From Eledone cirrhosa (lineage: Eukaryota), in contig OZ024741.1 in assembly GCA_964016885.1 (NCBI GenBank), positions 264,864,001-264,928,000 of the forward strand: a stretch of DNA of 64,000 nucleotides, given 5' to 3'. The notes below the pieces were generated by a model. The model was not told where the DNA came from. It made no database searches and worked only from the letters and a program-made list of their open reading frames with translations. Both the position numbers and the translations under genes were made by a program. Shown piece by piece: positions 31,335-41,184 of the stretch. Every line of letters begins with the position of its first letter. Within the stretch, counting starts at the first letter, position 1.

Positions 31335-34270
31335 TGTTCTTCTGGTTTTATAATTTCACAAATGTTTTCCCAATAGAGAGAGAGTCGGTTTCTAACATAG
31401 ACACAAGACTCTCTCATTCGAATTTACACAACATCAACTAGGTAGATATGTATGCATGCATCATGTGTAGATATGGATGTTATTGTATGTGTGGTTGTGT
31501 ATGTTTTGAGTTGTATGTGTGCATGTGTATATGCTTTGTATCTGTACATGTGTATATGCAGTTATTAGATGCAACATTTTTGGAATATTTTACATATTTT
31601 TACTGTTCCATTAATGGATTGTACTTGTAGTTTCCTAACTAGTTGTGTTCTTTCTGTTCCTGTGAAGCCTAGCTTCTCAAGATTTGTATTGAGACAGTTA
31701 CTAACATACCCCAGTGCTCCAATAATCACAGGAATAAATCTGAAGGTGTAATCAGGGTGGAGTATCTGCAGTTTCTCATCAGTTCTGCATAAATATTCTC
31801 CTTTTCGCTAATCTTTGATATTATATTGGCATCTGCTGGGCATGTAATTTCCACTACTGTGCATGCTTTCTTCTCCCTGTCCCATATAATATCTGGTCTG
31901 TTATGCCTGCATTTCATTGGGGTTTTTACTGGAACATTCCACCAGTACTCTTTCATATTATGTACATGGATGTCTTCCACATTGTTGTAGCTTTTAATGT
32001 GTTTATTATCGGGGCTATCTTTTTTACGAACTACATTGTACAGTGTTTTGGCCACTACATCATGCCTCATAGGTAGATAGTACCGCGATGACATCTTTGG
32101 ACAGCTGCTGATGACATGAGTGATATCCTCGATGTTAATTCTGCAGAGTCTGCACTTGTTATCACATCTAGGTGTTTTGCCTGCATCCCTAACTCTTTTG
32201 TGAATCAGGTATTTCATGTTAATCTCCTGTTCTTGGACTGCAAAAGCGTATCCTTCAAAGTGGCAGCCAATATAGCGGTTGTTGGTCCAAGATAGACTAC
32301 TTTCCTTATCTATATTACTCTCACTCTGGAGCTTTCTGGCAACATATCCATGCATGATTTTTTGCTGATAAGCATGCAGTTTTTCATCCATGGATTCACT
32401 GCGATACTGCTGAGCGACTTCCCTGGGTGTGAGTTTTTGATTATCACACAGGGAATATCTATCGAGGAGTCCTTCCCAACTCTCCTGATCTTATCTGTTT
32501 CATGCAGATAGACTTGCTCGAGAGACGGGCTCCTACGCTTCGAGGTTCGTAGATGTTGCCGAAGAGATATGATGCGACATTCAAATGTTGTCTGGACTGA
32601 TGTTAGGCCTCTGCCTCCCTGCTTACGTTTCAAGTAAAGGCGGTCTATGTCATTGTTGATGTGGAAGTTTCTGGTGTTGTTTAGTATTTTTCGAGTTCCA
32701 ACATCAACTGCTCGGATTTCGTCTATCGTCCAATTGAGTATTCCAAACGTTGGTGTTAGGACAGGCACAGCAAACACATTGTGAGCCACTGTTTTGTTTT
32801 GCGCAGAGAGTTCCGATGACCAGATTTTTCTTAATCGGGTGTAGTATTCCCTGGTTACGCATTCCTTATTACAGATATCATTATAGGATATGTTCTCATC
32901 TATCCCCAGGTATCTGTAGCAGTCTTCATCAGACATCGGTGAAACAGTTAGGCCATTGATGACAATGTTGCTAGATTGGGTTGTTGTTTTTCCCAGCTTT
33001 ACAGTCATGTATGAGCATTTATCTTGGCCAAACTCCATTCCTATATCCTTTGAGAACGTTGTAACCAGGTCAAGATTTTTCTTCATTCCATCCATGTTCT
33101 TGGCATAGAGTTTCAGATCCTCCACAAAGAAGTTATGGGTTAGGTTCGTATTTCTGTCCTCCTGTGAGCCAATGATGTATCTCTCAGATTTCTTGAGCAG
33201 AAAGGACAAGGGGTTTAATGACAAGATAAATAATATCACAGAGAGACTGTCCCCCTGAAATATACCCCTGCGATATTTTATTTTATTAGTGAAAATAGAG
33301 TCCTCCCTCTCTGTCTTTAATCTTAGAATAGTATCCCAAGAAGAAGACAGCCTCTCTATGGCTCTGACAATAATGTCTGGGACTTTAGCAAGTTGGGGGG
33401 GCCTCTATCATCCAAGAGTGGGGAACAGAATCGAAAGCTTTCCTGTAGTCTAGCCAGACTGTAGCCTTATTCCTCCTAAGTTGTCGATCCTCCGACATCG
33501 CAGTTTTGTTGATTAAGAGTTGTTCAGCACATCCCCAAACTCCTTTCTTTCCACCTGCTTGTTCATCTGTGATGATGTTATTATTTTCATAGTGATCTTG
33601 GAGGAATAGGTTCAGGCAGGCTGTATACATCTTATACATCAGGTTCTGGCATGCAATGGGTCGGTAGTTTTTTGCCAAGTGGGTGTCTTTGTTCTTGGAG
33701 ACCAGTAATGTTTGTGCTAATGTCAACCATTCTGGTATAAGTGTATCTCCCTTAAGAACTTGTTGGTAGAGGTCAGTAAGATACCTCCGATAGAATATTA
33801 GTTTTTTGTACCAGTAGCCGACAATCGTGTCTCTTCCTGGTGTTTTCTTATCTTGGAGTTTTCCTATCACAGTCTCAAGGGTACCCTCACTTATTTCGTA
33901 TGTTTTTGTTGTAGTGTAAGATAATAGTTCTTTATGATTTCTCTTAGCCACACTGCATCTTGGTTGAAATTCTTCTTTTCACCCCATATTTTGCTCCAAA
34001 AGGAATATATGTCTTTCTGGGATGGGGCCTCAGTGACACTTATTATTTTGTTCTTCATATCTCTATAGACTGATGTTTGGTTTCATCTGAATCTTTTATT
34101 AAGCACTTTTCTCTCATCTACCTTCTTCAGGTATCGGCGTTTTTCGCTAACAGCTCTCAATTCTTGTTTGAGGGTGATCAGCTTATATTGGAGAGTTCTG
34201 GTTCTACTGTTACCAAACATCGTCTCTATTTTATTTTTCACTCTTTGTTGGTGAGAAGTGAGTTTTTTTG
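31335..34270 (-). mobile_element. Degenerate R4/Dong-clade non-LTR retrotransposon (RT + CCHC + RLE) with (CATA/CA)n tail
   Basis: Frameshifted ORFs 33385-33951, 32310-33239 and 31726-32391 contain NYRPIAC, DYRKAFDSVPHSW, FFVEDLKLY, YRYLG, CRLC..H.ISSC, RHD and RPDI. Confidence 0.88.
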
Positions 34271-34349
34271 TGTTTGTTTGCATGTAAGGAGCATGTATGT
34301 ATGTATGTGTGTATTTATGTATGAATGTGTGTGTGTGTATTTATGTATG

Positions 34350-34982
34350 TATGTTCTGGTTTTATAATTTCACAAATTTTTTTACCAATAGAGAGAGAGA
34401 GTCGGTTTCTAACATAGACACAAGACTCTCTCATTTGAATTTACACAACATCAACTAGGTAGATATGTATGTATATCTGCATGCATGTGTAGATATGGAT
34501 GTTATTGTATGTGTGGATATGTATGTTTTGAGTTGTATCTGTACATGTGTACATGCAGTTATTAGATGTATCTGTACATGTGTATATGTAGTTATTAGAT
34601 GCAAAATATTTGGAATGTTTGTATGTGTGATGTATCTATGTTTTCGTTTTATAATTTTATAAATGTTTACAAATAGAGAGTCAGTTTCTATCATAGACAA
34701 AACTCTCTCATTGGAATTTAAACATCAACTAGGTAGATATGTATGTCTGTATGCATGCATGTGTAGGCATGGATGTTATTGTATGTGTGGATATGTATGT
34801 TTTGAGTTGTATGTGTACGTGTGCATACGTTTTGTATCTGTACATGTGTACATGCAGTTATTAGATGGAGAATTTTTGGAATGTTTTACATATTTTTACT
34901 GTTCCATTAATGGATTGTATTTAGTCGTGTTCTTTCTGGTTCTGTGAAGCCCAGCTTCACAAGGTTTGTACTGAGGCAGTTA
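34350..34982 (-). mobile_element. Two additional 3'-end fragments of the same R4-like family
   Basis: ~34353-34615 and ~34640-34982 repeat the 3' UTR at ~31335-31700; bounded by (TATG)n at ~34993-35050. Confidence 0.8.
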
Positions 34983-35054
34983 CGTACGTACGTATGTATG
35001 TATGTATGTATGTATGTATGTATGTATGTATGTATGTATGTATGTATGTAGAAA

Positions 35055-35320
35055 TAATCGGGCTGGATACCCGATCGCGCAGTTAAACCACTGGGAGTGA
35101 AGAACCCCTAGCCCTTGTCAGGGCATTCTTCTAGGAGAAGGCATCTCAGGAAACTGGGTTAACTCCGACATAAAACCTGGGGCTCAGTAGTTACCGATGA
35201 TGTTGATCTTTTCTTCTTTTGGGGTTATTGCTACTGTCGCTCAGAGAGTGGGATTGGCTCAGTGCACAGTCTTTCCTCACTTTAAAAATATTCGTCACGC
35301 ACAGGCATTGCACGATTGCA
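35055..35320 (+). mobile_element. Possible RTE-type LINE 5'-UTR fragment
   Basis: cccttgtcagggcattcttctaggagaagg..aactcc..aaacc resembles RTE 5' regions; resemblance only. Confidence 0.3.
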
Positions 35321-35356
35321 TTAATTAATAATTATTAATAGCGTATTATTATTATT

Positions 35357-35764
35357 CACTTGAAGAGGAAAATCAGGGTGGAGAGGCAAGTTTGTTGAAA
35401 GGTGGGTGAATGTAGCGAGAATGGTCCGAGTGAACGGGACCGCTCTGAATATACGTCTGTAGTTTGAGAAATGGAAAAATTGAGAGAGGGCGCTTACCCT
35501 GGTGGTCAGGGTGGCCGTGGTCTTTTGTGTGGTTTTCGCCACGAGTAACCCTCGGAGGTTTCCCCCCTATTGGGGAATTTTTCATTGTTTCAATTTTCAT
35601 TTTTATTGTTTATATATATGTTTCTATGTCCTTTTTTTTTCTTTTCTTATATAAATAATAAAAATCTTTACACGCACAAAACCCACACCGTACCGTCCTG
35701 TACCGTCCTATGCCGTCTGTAATGTATTTCTTGATGTCAGCCCTTGTGGCCAATAAAGAAATCA

Positions 35765-35799
<35 letters not shown>
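35357..35799 (+). mobile_element. 5'-truncated, diverged Tx1-like copy (ORF2 end, 3' UTR and (ATT)11 tail)
   Basis: Homologous to ~44482-44909 (aagaggaaaatcag..., cccccctattggggaatttttcattg, aataaagaaatc-(att)n). Preceded by (ATT)4. Confidence 0.88.
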
Positions 35800-38700
35800 T
35801 ACATTTATCTTGCTTTATGTTTATACGAGTTATCACCAAGTCACAACCAGTGACCTCAAGAGACAACAAGGTCCGCCATGTTCAAGAAAGAACACACATA
35901 TTCACACATGCATCCTTAGTGTTTAGACTTGTGATGTACTTATATTGACAGGATCTTCCTTAGTATATGGGCAGTTCCCATTAGTACTATCTTTTGTATT
36001 TCTCCTATACGCGGGTTTCCTGGGATTTGCGATAAGTAGTCGTTAGACCCCTTAGGTATCATTCCCAGAGCGCCTACAACCACTGGTATTGTTTTAGTTC
36101 TCAATTTCCACATTTTTCCAATTTCTATCTCCAGGTCCTTATACTTGCTCAATTTTTCAAATGTTTTTATAGATACATTCTTGTCTATTGGAACAGACAT
36201 ATCAATTAGCAGGCATGCCCTCCTTTGAAAGTCCTTCAATATTATATCAGGTCTATTTGCATCTATTTTTCGGTCTGTTTGGATGCTAAAGTTCCACAAG
36301 ATTGAGATGTGATCTTTTTCAAGTATGGGAGGTGGTTGATGCTCCCACCAATTCTTTTGATGGGGCAGGTCAAAATGCTTGCACATTATCCAATGTATGT
36401 ATTGTGCAGCTCTGTCATGCCTGTTTAGGTATTCGGTTGGAGCTATAGGACTGCACATTGAAATTATATGGTCAATGGTCTCTGGTTGTTTTTTGCATAC
36501 ACGGCATAATGGGCTGCACCCATTTTTTATTATGTTGGCTTGGTAATTTTTTGTTGGCAGACACTGATCTTGTGCGGATATAATCAGTCCTTCAGTCTCC
36601 GATTTCAGTCCAGAGGATGCCAACCACTGATGGGTTAAAGTTTTGTCAACATCAGGATTGTTAGCTCGCTCTGGGTATTTTCCATACAGAGGCTTTTCTT
36701 GCCATTTCTTAGCCAGTTTCTGTAGCAGTTCTTTCTTTGCAGTTACTTTTACCTGCTTTGCTTTTTCTGTGTTTTCCATTTCAGCAGTAAATGGGACTTC
36801 TGAAATTTGTAGTTCATTACTGTATCTTTGTGCATCTTTTGTAATGGAATATGATCTTTTGGTGCTTTCGTGTTTCAAAACGAGTTTGATCATCCAATCA
36901 TGTGATTCCCTTAGATATGTGGATAATCCAATTGTTGCAGTTTTCAACGCAATGTCTAACTGGATTAACCCACGTCCTCCTTCTTTCCTAGGGAGATATA
37001 TTCTATCTATGTCTGCCTTAGGGTGATGCATTCTGTGCATGGTTAAGAATTTTCGGATTTTTGTATCGAGCCTACGGATCTCTGTGCTTGACCAGTTGAT
37101 GACATTGTAACTGTAGGTTACTACTGGTATGGCAAGCGTGTTTATGGCATCGATCCTATTCCTTGCATTCAATTCCGTTCTTAAGATTGCTCTGACTCTG
37201 CGGTAACATTCCTTCCTTATCCTTTCCCTCATTGTCGAGTGCTTGATTCCGTCTCCTTCACAAACACCTAGATATTTGTAAGTTTGTTCTTGATCAAGCT
37301 CTCTTATCACGTTCCCCCGATCAAGATTAATGTCTGAACTCTTCAGCAGCTTTCCTCTGGTGAACGTTGCTTTGGCGCATTTATCCAGTCCAAACTCCAT
37401 TTTAATGTCATCACTGAACTGCTTCACAGTGGATAATAGCCCTTGCAATTGTTCATCATTTTTTGCAAATAGTTTCAGGTCATCCATGTAGAACAGGTGA
37501 TTAATGGTTTTGTCATAGACTCTATATCCATGTTTTGTTTCATTGAGCATTTTACTTAATGGTATAAGTGCGATGCAGAATAAAAGCGGTGATAAAGAGT
37601 CACCCTGAAAAATTCCACAATTAATGTTAACTTCTCCAGCTTCCAGTGATTTTGTTTCACTATTCAAAAGGAGTGTCGTTCTCCATGTCCTCATACTGAA
37701 TGACAAAAACCTCCTGATAACGGGGGATATTTTGAAAATCTCTAAACATTTTTCAATCCAACTGTGTGGCAAACTATCAAATGCTTTTTTATAATCTATC
37801 CAAGCAATCGATAGATTTTTGTGTCTATTATGACAATCTTCCAGTATCATTTTGTTAACCAGAAGCTGATCCTTACAGCCATATGAGCCTCGTTTACACC
37901 CTTTCTGCTCAATGGGAAATAGGTCATTTGTTATCAGGTGGTCATATGTGTATTCAGTTAGAACTGATGTTAAAATTTTATACATTGTGGTCAAGCAGGT
38001 TATCGGTCTGTAATTTTTGGGATTGTTTGTCTCATCATTCTTCGGTAGCAGGAATGTAATGCCGTTAACTAGCCATGATGGTATCTTTTCTGGCTCCTTA
38101 ACTATTTCATTGTAAAGTTGGGCTAACAGCTCATGAGACTCTGTGAAGGCATTTATCCAAAAGTTTTGTATTTTGTCTTTTCCTGGGGATTTCCATTTGC
38201 TGGTTTTTCTTAGAGCCAAGCGCAGCTGTTCAACTGTTATATTTTCCCATGTTTGTTCTTCAAGGTGAGCTGTTTCTTTCATTTGTCTGTCTATCCATGG
38301 GGCATGTATGTTATGAACTTTTTCTTCGGCCCAGATCTTTTCCCAGAATTCTTGCACTTCCTCCTTGGGTGGTATTGATTTAGCAGTTATTGTTGACTTA
38401 CCAATTTTTCTGTAGAAGTTTCTTTGGTTGTTTTTGAACATATTATTGTCCTTATAGAATCTAGATCGTTTTTCAAAGCGCCTTATACGAGCAGCTTTGG
38501 CCGACACTTTTTGCTTGATTGTTTCTATCAGCATGTCTATGTCACATGTTGATCTTATACTGTACTTTTTTTTCAATTTTCTAAGTTTAGTTTGTTTAAC
38601 ATGTTCACCTACTTTATAGTTTGTTAAAATTTCTATGTCAGATCGGAGAAGGTTTATTTGGCGATTGATGTTATCTTGCCAAGTAGATTTCTTGTGGGAA

Positions 38701-38817
38701 TTCCTTTGTTTTTTCATCTTCACTCCACATAAGTGAGTGGTGACTTTAGCCGATGCATAATAGAGATGATTTAAGTCAGTAATGCTTAGTTTGTTTGTGA
38801 TGATAATGTTTTTGAGA
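35800..38817 (-). mobile_element. 5'-truncated R4/Dong-clade non-LTR retrotransposon inserted in (TAA)n
   Basis: Flanked on both sides by ATT/TAA tracts. Short 3' UTR at 35800-35939. The reading frame stays open up to the 5' junction. Confidence 0.92.
35940..38723 (-). CDS. Reverse transcriptase / zinc finger / restriction-like endonuclease (R4/Dong clade), N-terminally truncated
   Basis: 927 aa with KSPGKD, NYRPITCL, DYKKAFDS, FQGDSLSP, FYMDDLKL, YKYLG, CRVC..H..S.C, RHD, NRPDI..D and K..KY. Confidence 0.93.
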   Translation of the reverse strand: MKMKKQRNSHKKSTWQDNINRQINLLRSDIEILTNYKVGEHVKQTKLRKLKKKYSIRSTCDIDMLIETIKQKVSAKAARIRRFEKRSRFYKDNNMFKNNQRNFYRKIGKSTITAKSIPPKEEVQEFWEKIWAEEKVHNIHAPWIDRQMKETAHLEEQTWENITVEQLRLALRKTSKWKSPGKDKIQNFWINAFTESHELLAQLYNEIVKEPEKIPSWLVNGITFLLPKNDETNNPKNYRPITCLTTMYKILTSVLTEYTYDHLITNDLFPIEQKGCKRGSYGCKDQLLVNKMILEDCHNRHKNLSIAWIDYKKAFDSLPHSWIEKCLEIFKISPVIRRFLSFSMRTWRTTLLLNSETKSLEAGEVNINCGIFQGDSLSPLLFCIALIPLSKMLNETKHGYRVYDKTINHLFYMDDLKLFAKNDEQLQGLLSTVKQFSDDIKMEFGLDKCAKATFTRGKLLKSSDINLDRGNVIRELDQEQTYKYLGVCEGDGIKHSTMRERIRKECYRRVRAILRTELNARNRIDAINTLAIPVVTYSYNVINWSSTEIRRLDTKIRKFLTMHRMHHPKADIDRIYLPRKEGGRGLIQLDIALKTATIGLSTYLRESHDWMIKLVLKHESTKRSYSITKDAQRYSNELQISEVPFTAEMENTEKAKQVKVTAKKELLQKLAKKWQEKPLYGKYPERANNPDVDKTLTHQWLASSGLKSETEGLIISAQDQCLPTKNYQANIIKNGCSPLCRVCKKQPETIDHIISMCSPIAPTEYLNRHDRAAQYIHWIMCKHFDLPHQKNWWEHQPPPILEKDHISILWNFSIQTDRKIDANRPDIILKDFQRRACLLIDMSVPIDKNVSIKTFEKLSKYKDLEIEIGKMWKLRTKTIPVVVGALGMIPKGSNDYLSQIPGNPRIGEIQKIVLMGTAHILRKILSI

Positions 38818-39013
38818 ATTATTATTATTATTATTATTATTGAATGCCATGGTTGACGGAGGCTCGGCTCTGTAAGGTATAGTAATTTTTAACCGTTAAA
38901 ACAATTGTAAATTGTTTAAAACTTGAACCAAATTGTTGATAAAGACACCCTCCTCCTCGTGAGAGGGGTCTTTCTGTCCGTTATTTGGCCCTTCGGGGTT
39001 AAATAGCCAGTTA

Positions 39014-41149
39014 TTGGGGTTTTGTACCCAAAATTTCATTTTAAACAAAAAAACATGGCTACCAAAAAAAAAAAAATTTCATACGTCACTCCCACTCATT
39101 CCGTCTTCTTCTTCCTCAATCATCACTACAGGAGAGAGAAGATTGTCTCTCTCCCTCCCTTCTTTAAATGTGTCTCTCTCCCTACCTTCTCTTTCGCAAG
39201 CGACGAAAGAAAAGAAAAGTCTCGTGCAAAGCGTGCAAGGTTTCTCCACGACGACGACGACAGCGACGAAACAGGTGTGCGGGAAATACGAAAACCCAGT
39301 TCATTCGTCTGACGTCAGGAATAATAGCAGTAGCAGCCGTAATAACAACAGCAACAGTGACAATGAAAACAACAGTAGCAGCCGCAACAGCATCACCAGC
39401 AGCATAAACAACAACAGCATTAGCAGCAGCAACACCAACAACAACCACAGCAACAGCGGCGGAGGCAGTAGTCGTAGTACCTGCAGCAACAACAAAAGTA
39501 CCAGCAGCTCTGACGACAACAACAACAGCAGAGAAAAACCAATCTCATTTGCAGGTATTGCGAAAAACCTGGAAACAATCCTCATAACAAATGAGGAATT
39601 AGAGGAAGCGAAGAAGATGGTGACAAAGAACGGACACCGAGCAATCTGCAAGGCAGCGAAAAATTTTTTCGAAACCCAAGAGCACTGTACGGTCACGTAC
39701 CGTACAGTAAGTACAAAATCCCGTAGGGTGGAAAGAGCCACAGAGGCCCAAATACAAAAAGCCTTGGGGTCTGTGTGGCAGAGGAAAACGCACATCACCC
39801 GAGGCAAAAAATACGCCACCGTAGACGTACTTTTTGCCACACCCCAGGAGGCAAAGGCCCAATCAGTAGTGACCCTAAGGAGCGAGGAAATGGTGTTGGT
39901 GCCCTCCTACTGCGGGCAAAAAATTGTGAGGGTCAAACTGACCCACGTCCCCCCCGGAATGACCCCTTCTTGGCTGGCCGCGTCTGTCCTCGTCGGAATC
40001 GAGGACAAAACAACTGTACTGCAAGTACAGAAAAAAGTAAGAGAAGATTGGGTCGGCTCCTCCATTGAGATGCTAATCCAAACCAACCAGGAGTGCATCG
40101 AAGCTATCCCGGATGTGATAGACTTCGATAACGGCACTCAACTGCCCATAAGTGTTGAGGGCAAACGCCCGAAATGCTTTCGCTGTGGATCGAAGACTCA
40201 CCTCAGGGCCTTCTGCAACGAGAAGACCCTGAGAAAGGAGAAAACCCCCCTCCTCCCGAATCCGGTTCCACGGCTACCAGCAACAGGACAAGCGGCAACC
40301 AGGAACGATAGGTCCGTGGCACCCATACCCACTCCACGGAAATCAAAGACAGCAGCAGCAGTGGAAATATTAACAACAACAACAGCAATACCAAATGCAG
40401 CTGCAACAGAGACTCCAGTGCAAACATCACCAACAACAACAAGTGAAAGAGTGGAGCTGGTACCCCTCCCCGACCTTACAGAATCAGACATGGAGTGTGA
40501 GGTGGGAGAGGGATGGCAAAAGGTCTCAAGAAGGCACAAACGCAGAAGCAGCGCATCGTCGCCTTTGAAAAGGGAGGAAAGAAATGAGAAAAGGGTAAAG
40601 TCTACTGCAAAGAGACCCACAGCAGCAACACCACCAACACCATCACCACCCACACCAGCACCACCATCACCACCGGCGACAACCCCACCGCCAACAACAC
40701 CTTCAACACCACAAGCACCAACATCGCAAACACAACAACAAAACACACACACCCAGCAACAACGACAAGAAAATAGCAGAACCACACCCCACCCCCAGAA
40801 AAACAAATGCACGGCAATAAATACACACAACAAGAAACTAATGACTTACATAATTGAACACACAGACATTTCACAACAGGACTACATAATACCAGCACCA
40901 ATCAAAACGCCAACTAACATAAGACTGCTAAAAATAGCACAGAAACAATACACAAACATTAAAACGAAATTCCCCAACGCAGTTGGTGATTTCAGGGACC
41001 TAGGAGGAACCATCAATCGAAGAGTATACTCAGACATTCTCTTAGAAGAGCCGACGACCAGCCGAAGGGACGATTCAACGGTCCCTTCACCAGACGATCA
41101 AGTGAAAAGGGATGTAAAAACCATCCCTCCTCTACCAAAAGTACGGTAA
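39014..41149 (+). CDS. ORF1 gag-like nucleic-acid-binding protein (likely ATG at 39055 is out of frame because of a longer A-run)
   Basis: CCHC knuckle CFRCGSKTHLRAFC; S/N-rich and P/T-rich low-complexity regions. Confidence 0.8.
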   Translation: MGFCTQNFILNKKTWLPKKKKFHTSLPLIPSSSSSIITTGERRLSLSLPSLNVSLSLPSLSQATKEKKSLVQSVQGFSTTTTTATKQVCGKYENPVHSSDVRNNSSSSRNNNSNSDNENNSSSRNSITSSINNNSISSSNTNNNHSNSGGGSSRSTCSNNKSTSSSDDNNNSREKPISFAGIAKNLETILITNEELEEAKKMVTKNGHRAICKAAKNFFETQEHCTVTYRTVSTKSRRVERATEAQIQKALGSVWQRKTHITRGKKYATVDVLFATPQEAKAQSVVTLRSEEMVLVPSYCGQKIVRVKLTHVPPGMTPSWLAASVLVGIEDKTTVLQVQKKVREDWVGSSIEMLIQTNQECIEAIPDVIDFDNGTQLPISVEGKRPKCFRCGSKTHLRAFCNEKTLRKEKTPLLPNPVPRLPATGQAATRNDRSVAPIPTPRKSKTAAAVEILTTTTAIPNAAATETPVQTSPTTTSERVELVPLPDLTESDMECEVGEGWQKVSRRHKRRSSASSPLKREERNEKRVKSTAKRPTAATPPTPSPPTPAPPSPPATTPPPTTPSTPQAPTSQTQQQNTHTQQQRQENSRTTPHPQKNKCTAINTHNKKLMTYIIEHTDISQQDYIIPAPIKTPTNIRLLKIAQKQYTNIKTKFPNAVGDFRDLGGTINRRVYSDILLEEPTTSRRDDSTVPSPDDQVKRDVKTIPPLPKVR

Positions 41150-41184
41150 GTGGTCTTTCCCATCTTTTCCACTCTATTTTAAAC

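Noticed and set aside
38940-38975. HDV-like ribozyme in the Tx1 5' UTR (cctcctcgtg motif)
   Set aside because: I could not build P1/P2/P1.1 from the element's 5' end; it folds as a simple hairpin (aaagac.ccctc/gaggg.gtcttt).
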